Source: an uncultured bacterium
GTDB lineage: Bacteria; SAR324; NAC60-12
Direction of reading: 5' to 3'
Length of the DNA: 21,486 nucleotides
Assembly (NCBI GenBank): GCA_965662845.1
Contig: CBFIJD010000044.1
Location: forward strand, 1-21,486
In this document: piece by piece, positions 15,901 to 21,486 of the stretch
How positions within the stretch are numbered: position 1 is the stretch's first letter
How the letters are laid out: each line of letters starts with the position of its first letter
The notes under the pieces: model-generated
Told to the model about the DNA's origin: nothing
What the model saw: only the letters and a program-made list of their open reading frames with translations
Database searches by the model: none
Translations under genes and position numbers: made by a program

Positions 15901-17664
15901 ATTGAAAATCTTTAAAAATATTTTTACATCAACCTCATTGTTCAGATCATACAATGGCAATATATGATTATAAATTTCATCTTTTTCATTCGGCTTTTTA
16001 ATACCAAAATTTTCAATAAAATCCCTTGTCTTTTTATTTTTAAGTAACGCACTATCAATGGTTTTATAATTTGAATTTTCTTTGTCTAAAGGCAAAAATA
16101 AAATGTTATGCAACTCTCCTTCAATTTTATCAAACGCAGCCACTGCATTACCTTGAGAGTCTTTAAAGATGGGTTTTGTTTTAAATTTATCTTGATGAGA
16201 CTTTCTTTCGGAAAGATACTCATAAAACTTGTGAAGCCATTCATTCGACTGTGTTCTGATAAAATTGCTTGTAATCAAATCAGCAATATCATTTTCAAAA
16301 TCTATATTAGATTTGATCAAATTTGGTTCTTTTTTATACCATGAAAGTTCATAACTACCGTCAATATATTCTGTGATTTCTTTATCCTTTTTTCTATCGA
16401 TAGTTACGAATACCCATTGTGCATTTTGATTTTCAACTAGCTCAGCAAGTTGCTTATTTGAAAACAAGCTTGCCAAATCAGGGGAATCCGCCCAATAAGC
16501 ATTTTCTTTTTCTGTATATCCATTTACAGTTGGTAGCAACTCTTCGGCTAAAAACTTTTCTTTTATCGTTTCATAAAAGGATGCGAAAAAATCATCATCT
16601 TCAGGTCTTTTATAGGGGATAATTTCGAAAATTTCATCATTTATCAATTTCAGTTTTTTCAAAATTAACATACTATCAGCAGCAAGTTTCGATAGCAACT
16701 CGCACATTTTAATATTATAATTTTCAAAAGTTTTTACACCTTCTCGACTATCGGTTAATAGGAAGGGTGCGTGAATAATAAAATTTAAGTTTGTAGTTTT
16801 TTTTGTGGGAAAAAAACAAAACACTGAAGATTTTTTTGGTGTTGGTTTATTTTTTTCATCGAGAAAAATCCCAATAGAATAATTATGATTCTCGTCTGTA
16901 GAACGAGTAAATAGATATAATTTTTCTTTGGTCTGCTGTAGTCCAGTTTGCTGATAGAGTTCAATTTTTTCGTAAGTAATGTCCTCAGCTTTTTTTTGTT
17001 TACTGCTTTTCTTAGTGTATTCACCTGTCTCACTGTCAGCATTCCATTTTACCTCTTCTAAGTTGGATAAGAACAAAGTAGGAAAAACTAATTTTTTCAA
17101 CTTTTCCAGAATATCTGAATATGCTTTTTCTGCGGACACTTCAGCTTTGTTAAAAGGAAAGTAAAAAACGGTTTCGTCTTTTTTTCTATCCTGTAAATCA
17201 CTTTTTAATTTTACGGGTACAATAAACCTATCTATTCTAAATCGAAAATTAGGGTCATAAATGTGTGGAGTTTCGGTATATTGAAAAACTGCTTTAAAAC
17301 CCACCCCAAATTTTCCGATTGATGATTCTGTTTTGTTGCTGTTGGCAATAGCTGTAATTGAGTTAACGTGTCCGAGTATATTATTTTCTTTGTCTTCGCG
17401 CTCTGTATCAGGATTGGAAACACTAAAAAGTGTTGTTCCGTTATGCTTGAAGTACAAACCATCTGTATTTAATTGAAATAGTGATTTTGTTGCTCTCGCG
17501 TCATTTGCGTTCTGTAGAAGTTCGTATATGAAATGAGCTTGATCACTATACTTTTCTACAACACTATTTTTAATTCCAGAGCATGATGGTTTTTCAAGTA
17601 TTTTCGCATTTTCTTCTCTATCTTTTATAAGTTTTTCAAACCAAAGTTGCTGTTGTTCTGTCAT
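12982..17664 (-). CDS. Sacsin/NOV-like GHKL (HSP90-type) ATPase fused to a UPF1/DNA2-like SF1 helicase
   Basis: N-term: YSDQAHFIYELLQNANDA, IGKFGVGFKAVF, FIIHAPFLLTDSRE. C-term: GPPGTGKTT, LTPTNKAAD, FDESSM, GDPKQIPP, QYRS, IAPYKAQ, TVHGFQGDECD, YNVAISRAK. Markedly AT-rich. Confidence 0.88.
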   Translation of the reverse strand: MTEQQQLWFEKLIKDREENAKILEKPSCSGIKNSVVEKYSDQAHFIYELLQNANDARATKSLFQLNTDGLYFKHNGTTLFSVSNPDTEREDKENNILGHVNSITAIANSNKTESSIGKFGVGFKAVFQYTETPHIYDPNFRFRIDRFIVPVKLKSDLQDRKKDETVFYFPFNKAEVSAEKAYSDILEKLKKLVFPTLFLSNLEEVKWNADSETGEYTKKSSKQKKAEDITYEKIELYQQTGLQQTKEKLYLFTRSTDENHNYSIGIFLDEKNKPTPKKSSVFCFFPTKKTTNLNFIIHAPFLLTDSREGVKTFENYNIKMCELLSKLAADSMLILKKLKLINDEIFEIIPYKRPEDDDFFASFYETIKEKFLAEELLPTVNGYTEKENAYWADSPDLASLFSNKQLAELVENQNAQWVFVTIDRKKDKEITEYIDGSYELSWYKKEPNLIKSNIDFENDIADLITSNFIRTQSNEWLHKFYEYLSERKSHQDKFKTKPIFKDSQGNAVAAFDKIEGELHNILFLPLDKENSNYKTIDSALLKNKKTRDFIENFGIKKPNEKDEIYNHILPLYDLNNEVDVKIFLKIFNYWKNKGRPEELISVLKDKEFVYYKTNKDKKIHRGIAKEIYYPTPELVKYFESKPDAKFVDLDDYYSFIKEEKEQKILKEFLLKLGVNETVRVTKKLGNHVIYFADHGCHQRGLNGFDKDILVDGLEEALCNVNFDNSKFIWNKIAVKQSSCIHGTIESATRQDYKNSKKNSQYSEKFGKILKESKWLLSNKRKFVAPSEITIDKLSDGYESNAELEHLLGFKPVVLSENERIASKFESEEEAEEAKKALEEKREKEKRKAKQKTSEITTEVGSEDLEDAIESLENLSKSVSNPKTEKAKTNKLPDFDEHEELTKGIVELTKQLEIKKTRDGLAEKIKDSMKYSYEWFISYLQLLTTYNEKQDIQKQKSISFQEIKLYKDDKKYFLLCGSSSYISPEIENADDFRVSLIFGNRKRETITVEGVSKKGQDLLIYCREPLSGNTISQFSRIIKVEINFTPVIDLLDRLCQAFANANHIEEWDNIQEATPALKFIYGPPGTGKTTEICNEVGGIFAKSSNTKVLVLTPTNKAADVVCKKLKGVHPSVRAIRLSSPTDPTLEGDEIYRDTLDNNDLRTVDVVASTIHRLPYFEIKEVGFLFQYKWDYVIFDESSMIGLHYIVFAVMALFKTNPNTNFIVAGDPKQIPPVVEIDEKELENFDFQDENFFKMMNLESFDSREQERSKREIDTIQNLNKQYRSIPEIGQLFSELSYSSLLEHDRTTNGKKAKKLPERFSKLILSNVTFIDIPLSNDNSIYKLNKLFYSSYHIYSAILVSEIIQYFDNENEREQWTIGLIAPYKAQAMLLNKLITSYGISENLKVMSDTVHGFQGDECDIVFFVCNPNNYFFSNHEKALLSKEYIYNVAISRAKDFLIILHPYSVIQENNFINKIKNSYKANFGNTKILKANDIEKVLFNDRNYIEKNSYFSGHDSVNVFGISEMKYFIKANDTAIDIQLRDLREHKTTNGLVKEIRKNSR

Positions 17665-18046
17665 TTTTTCTCATCTATTATTTTCAATTGTTTTGTATTT
17701 TTTGAAGGTGTTAGTTGTCAAACTGATAACTAACTATTGCATATAATATTGTTTAAGAGTACTTTCTTGAAGCGATGATTTAAATTTGAATAATCGATGG
17801 ACTCTAATGATGGGGCAAAGTTCTAGAGTTACTCCCCAACTTCACTTGTGCTTAACTTCATTCTTGGCCCCACGCCCAGACTTCTCTACGTCACGAAGTA
17901 CCTCAGTACTATCCCTTTGTCACAGAAACACTCAACGAAATTCTTGCTCACCGCGACCATTCTGTCTCTTCACGCTTCTCTGCGGCGAGAGAGATGAGCT
18001 TTGTGCGTGAGGAGTGGCAGGCAGAGTTGTTTGGGTGAGAAGAGGG

Positions 18047-18083
18047 GGAGTGTGGCGGACTACAAAAGGCGCAAAGGCAGGTC
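18047..18083. repeat. 37-bp direct repeat, copy 2
   Basis: ggagtgtggcggactacaaaaggcgcaaaggcaggtc is 33/37 identical to 12851-12887. Confidence 0.85.
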
Positions 18084-18100
18084 TGGAACGAAAAACGTCG

Positions 18101-18128
18101 GTAAGGGCGAAAAATCTTTCGCCCTTAC
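18101..18128. repeat. 28-bp REP-like palindrome (may also act as a terminator or stabilising hairpin)
   Basis: gtaagggcgaaa-aatc-tttcgcccttac: 12-bp perfect stem about 30 nt after the SBBP gene stop. Same GTAxGGGCG...CGCCCxTAC frame and length as 79-106. Confidence 0.75.
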
Positions 18129-18157
18129 TGGGCCGTTGGCGGAGGGCACACCGCGCC

Positions 18158-20215
18158 TCACTGCGGATTCCCCGAGCTGTTGTACTTGACCACAAAGGCG
18201 TCCCAGCTTCCTGCGTTGCTCTGGCCGGCAAAGGTTCCATTTGTACCTCCCACGACATAGACGTCGCCCGCGCCGTCCACGCTCACACCAATAGCCCCAT
18301 CAACACGGGAAGTCCCCAGCTGTCGCACCCACTGCTGGGTGCCTGAGCGGTCGTACTTGGCCACAAAGATGTCCCAATCTCCTGCGCTGTGCTGGCCGGC
18401 GAAGGTGCCCTCTGTCGCTCCCACGACATAGACGTCGCCCGCACTGTCCACGCTCACGCCCCCAGCACGATCCAACTCGGAAGTCCCCAGCTGCCGCACC
18501 CACTGCCGCGTCCCAGAGCGGTCATACTTGACCAAAAAGGCGTCATTTTTTCCTACGCTACTCTGGCCGGCGAAGGTGCCCCGTGTCTCTCCCACGACAT
18601 AGACGTCGCCCGCGCCGTCCACGCTCACGCCATAAGCAGAATCATACTCGGAAGTCCCCAGCTGTCGCACCCACTGCTGGGTGCCTGAGCGGTCGTACTT
18701 GGCCACAAAGGCATCCCTGTAGCCTATGCTGTCTTGGCCGGCGAAGGTGCCCTCTGTAATTCCCGCGACGTAGACGTTCCCCGCGCCGTCCACGCTCACG
18801 CCAACAGCAGAATCGTCCTCGGAAGTCCCCAGCTGCCGCACCCACTGCTGATTCCCTGAGCCGTCGTACTTGACCAAAAAGGCGTCCCCGCTTCCGGCGC
18901 GGCGCTGGCCAGCGAAGGTGCCCCATGTAAATCCCGCGACGTAGACGTTCCCCGCGCCGTCCACGCTCACGCCAACAGCAGAATCGTTCTCGGAGGTCCC
19001 CAGCTGCCGCACCCACTGCTGGGTGCCCGCGCTGTCGAACTTGGCCACAAAGGCGTCCTCGTATCCGGCGCGGCGCTGGCCGGCGAAGGTTCCCGATGTC
19101 CTTCCCGCGACGTAGGCGTTGCCCGCGCCGTCCACGCTCACGCCAAGAGCCTGATCATTCTCGGAGGTCCCCAGCTGCCGCAGCCACTGCTGATTCCCTG
19201 AGCCGTCGTACTTGACCAAAAAGGCGTCATTTTTTCCTACGCTACTCTGGCCGGCGAAGGTTCCCCGTGTCCATCCTGCGACATAGACGTCGCCCGCGCT
19301 GTCCATGCTCACGCCAGTAGCCTCATCCGACTTGGAGGTCTCCAGCTGCCGCACCCACGACGCCTCCGCTTGGTCTGCTGCCAGCAGGGTCTGGATCGTC
19401 AGCTCTCGCAGGCGCTCCGGCGCGATCCCAGCGCCTTGGGCGGCTTGCTGCGCCTGCTCAGCTGCGCCAGAGTCTTGCCGCAGCAGCGCCTCAACCAGCT
19501 TCAGCTGCTGAAGCTCTGTGCGCGCTTGCGCGATTTGCCGGGCGTCGGCCTCCTCCAGCGTGGCCCGCTGCAACAGACGTTCGACCGCGGCGAGATCTCT
19601 TTGGGCAAAGGCCTCGTCTAGCATTTGCCAGAGGAGGTCTTGCTTGCGCTGCGGAAGCTCTCGCCGTTGAGCGGCAACGCTCCGTTGGTCTGCCCCATTC
19701 ACCTCGCCCGCAGAGAGCGGCGTGTTGGGCAACCACGACTCCACGAGCCGGTCGAGGCGAGCGTTCAGCGTCTGCTGGTCACAGGCTGCGCAATACTCGC
19801 TGCGCACTTGGCGGCGCTCTAGGTCAAAGCCCGTCAGCGTCAGCTGCGTGTCGGCGCCAGAGCGTATGAGCTGCAACGCGAAGTAGCGCTCGGCTTGCAG
19901 CAGCTCTTGAATCATCCGCACACAGTTCTCTTCGGTGCACTCGTCGGCGTCCAGCTCGTTGAACGCCCGCGTTTGGGCTTGTTCAAATTCGGCTTGCGAG
20001 ACGAGGTCATAACTCTCGGAGAGCCGCGCTTGCAGCTGATTGAACAAGATCTGTTGCTGCACTGCAGAGACCTCCAGCCCCGCCACAGGAGCCAGAGCGG
20101 CGCGCTCTCGCCCCTGCGCGCTCAGAGACCCTAGCTGCGAGGAATCCTCATTTGAAACCGTCCCCGTGCTACAACCAGCCAGAACGATCAAAGGAACCAA
20201 GATAAACCATCTCAT
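18158..20215 (-). CDS. Lipoprotein with C-terminal SBBP-type seven-bladed beta-propeller
   Basis: GAGGGGAG RBS before ATG 20215. MRWFILVPLIVLAGC lipobox. Cys-containing N-terminal domain (ECTEENC, YCAAC), helical linker, then 7 x 57-aa repeats WVRQLGTS..D.A.GVSVDGAG.VYV.G.T.GTFAGQ...G..DAF..KYD.SG. Confidence 0.88.
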   Translation of the reverse strand: MRWFILVPLIVLAGCSTGTVSNEDSSQLGSLSAQGRERAALAPVAGLEVSAVQQQILFNQLQARLSESYDLVSQAEFEQAQTRAFNELDADECTEENCVRMIQELLQAERYFALQLIRSGADTQLTLTGFDLERRQVRSEYCAACDQQTLNARLDRLVESWLPNTPLSAGEVNGADQRSVAAQRRELPQRKQDLLWQMLDEAFAQRDLAAVERLLQRATLEEADARQIAQARTELQQLKLVEALLRQDSGAAEQAQQAAQGAGIAPERLRELTIQTLLAADQAEASWVRQLETSKSDEATGVSMDSAGDVYVAGWTRGTFAGQSSVGKNDAFLVKYDGSGNQQWLRQLGTSENDQALGVSVDGAGNAYVAGRTSGTFAGQRRAGYEDAFVAKFDSAGTQQWVRQLGTSENDSAVGVSVDGAGNVYVAGFTWGTFAGQRRAGSGDAFLVKYDGSGNQQWVRQLGTSEDDSAVGVSVDGAGNVYVAGITEGTFAGQDSIGYRDAFVAKYDRSGTQQWVRQLGTSEYDSAYGVSVDGAGDVYVVGETRGTFAGQSSVGKNDAFLVKYDRSGTRQWVRQLGTSELDRAGGVSVDSAGDVYVVGATEGTFAGQHSAGDWDIFVAKYDRSGTQQWVRQLGTSRVDGAIGVSVDGAGDVYVVGGTNGTFAGQSNAGSWDAFVVKYNSSGNPQ
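18161..19357 (-). repeat. Seven tandem 171-bp intragenic repeats
   Basis: Exactly 7 x 171 = 1197 bp from the first Trp codon to the last sense codon, with high nucleotide similarity between units. Confidence 0.92.
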
Positions 20216-20366
20216 AAGAACTCCCCTCTTTGGGCTGATGTAAGTTGAAGGTAGGCTCTCTGCACCGGAGCGAGCACGCGCGCGATCAGCCTTTCTGATG
20301 CCGCAAGCGAAGGCGTAGATTAGTCTTTTTAACAATCATTGACAAAAAGAACGTGGAGGGGGTGCT

Positions 20367-21486
20367 TCAGGGCATCCAGCGCAACGCGGCGGCGGCGTCA
20401 GCCTCCCAGTTGGTGCGCACGTATTTTTCCAGCAAGGGCCCCCATTGCGTGGCCTGCGCAGAGGGTTCCCAGCGTCGCAAGGGAAGTTTTTGGGCCGAGA
20501 GCGTGTGTGTGCCAAGCGCTCGCCACCGGCCCGCGCGCTGACGATACAGCGTGACCGTCCCTGACAGCTCCGACACCCCTTGCCACGTGGCTGTGATCTC
20601 GGGGCGAAACTCGGCGCGCAAACGCAGCACGAGGGCATACTCAGCGCGAGGCGCTTGCAGGTCGCGGTTAGGATCAAACTCGTCATGTGCAGGCAGCAAG
20701 ATCGGCTCGCTTGGCGGGCGCAGGTCTTGCGCGGCGAGCTTTTGTTGGAGCGGGGCCGCGAGCGGCTGCAGATCTTTTCTCGTCAGCGCTAGGTTCTCAG
20801 GCGGCAGAATCAGCCACGCGACGGAGTTGGGCTCAACTCGCTGCTCGCTGCGCACAAAGAAGAACTCGCCGCCGGCGTGTCCTTGGTTGGCGATGGGCTG
20901 CACAAGCGGCGTTTGGAGAGAACCCAGCGACGAGAAGGTGTCGTTGGCGACGTGCCTGCGGACGCGCTGCCCAAGCTCCGTGGCAGAGAGGTATGGCCGC
21001 GCGTTGGCCCGCAGCTGCGCCAACAGGTGATACGCGAAGATGGAGTGTCCTTCCGAGCGAGGGAGGCCGTCCGAGACCGGCTCGTTGCCGCCCGAGCTGA
21101 GACCGATCACGCTGCGCAGGCGCAGCTTCTCCCGCAGATAGTCTGGTGCTTGCGACCAATCTTCGGGGACTGGCTTCAGGCCACGCATCTCTAGCAGCAA
21201 GCTCCCGCTGAAGCAGGAGTCCGCGATCAAGAACTTGTGTCGCACGCGGACTTTCTCCAGCTCCCGCAAGATCGATCCGTTTGACAGCCAATCGTCCTCC
21301 CGAACCGCGTCGGCGGCGAGGCGCCCCTCCACCGGCACCCAATAGCCGTCGTTGTTGCTCTCCTCCAAATGCCCGTGCCCCGCGTAGTAGATCAGCACCC
21401 GATCTTTCGGCTGCGCGACCTGCTGCAGCTCTTGAAAGGCGCTCAAGATCTGGCGACGATTCGCGTTCTTCAGCAGCCGCACGTCT
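20367..21486 (-). CDS. Caspase-like peptidase C14 domain protein (5' end outside the window)
   Basis: LIYYAGHG (catalytic His), LIADSCFSG (catalytic Cys), SSGGNEPVSDG, HSIFAYHLL and GGEFFF. Followed by an unrecognised C-terminal domain of about 160 aa. Confidence 0.9.
   Translation of the reverse strand, partial: DVRLLKNANRRQILSAFQELQQVAQPKDRVLIYYAGHGHLEESNNDGYWVPVEGRLAADAVREDDWLSNGSILRELEKVRVRHKFLIADSCFSGSLLLEMRGLKPVPEDWSQAPDYLREKLRLRSVIGLSSGGNEPVSDGLPRSEGHSIFAYHLLAQLRANARPYLSATELGQRVRRHVANDTFSSLGSLQTPLVQPIANQGHAGGEFFFVRSEQRVEPNSVAWLILPPENLALTRKDLQPLAAPLQQKLAAQDLRPPSEPILLPAHDEFDPNRDLQAPRAEYALVLRLRAEFRPEITATWQGVSELSGTVTLYRQRAGRWRALGTHTLSAQKLPLRRWEPSAQATQWGPLLEKYVRTNWEADAAAALRWMP

Noticed and set aside
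17692..17721. Promoter for the helicase gene (TTGACA-N18-TACAAA, minus strand)
   Set aside because: The -35 is perfect, but the -10 is poor and lies in AT-rich DNA; support is insufficient.
12908..17962. 10-bp inverted match aatggtcgcg / cgcgaccatt near both edges of the AT-rich islet
   Set aside because: Too short and does not extend; may be chance.
18161..19357. Diversity-generating retroelement acting on the propeller repeats
   Set aside because: There is no reverse transcriptase or non-coding template repeat in the window. The variable codons mostly end in G rather than deriving from AAY, and neighbouring adenines (GGA, ACA) are invariant.
20216..20335. 40-aa N-terminal extension of the SBBP protein given by the ORF track
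   Set aside because: The RBS and lipoprotein signal peptide point to ATG 20215.

Overview
Bacterial DNA, mostly GC-rich, read left to right. It opens with a REP-like repeat cluster, then fhs and an InsA-only IS1 remnant. Next is a ~9.2-kb catabolic module: DddP-like M24 enzyme, FadR/GntR regulator, Dpp/Opp-type ABC importer with a permease-ATPase fusion, and a divergent M20 amidohydrolase with a perfect 18-bp palindrome between the two arms. The module is bracketed by a duplicated 77-bp + 24-bp sequence. After it come a decayed REP-associated tyrosine transposase (RAYT) fragment and three tandem, gap-free-alignable 56-57-aa paralogous genes; one is absent from the ORF track and the other two start later than the track shows. 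An AT-rich 1560-aa sacsin-like GHKL ATPase-SF1 helicase fusion follows, flanked by 37-bp direct repeats. The window ends with a lipoprotein carrying seven 57-aa SBBP propeller repeats with hypervariable positions and the 3' part of a caspase-like (C14) protease. Best novelty candidates: the micro-protein triplet, the sacsin-helicase fusion (putative defence gene) and the DddP homologue lacking the catalytic Asp. All family calls come from motif recognition by eye; no searches were run.
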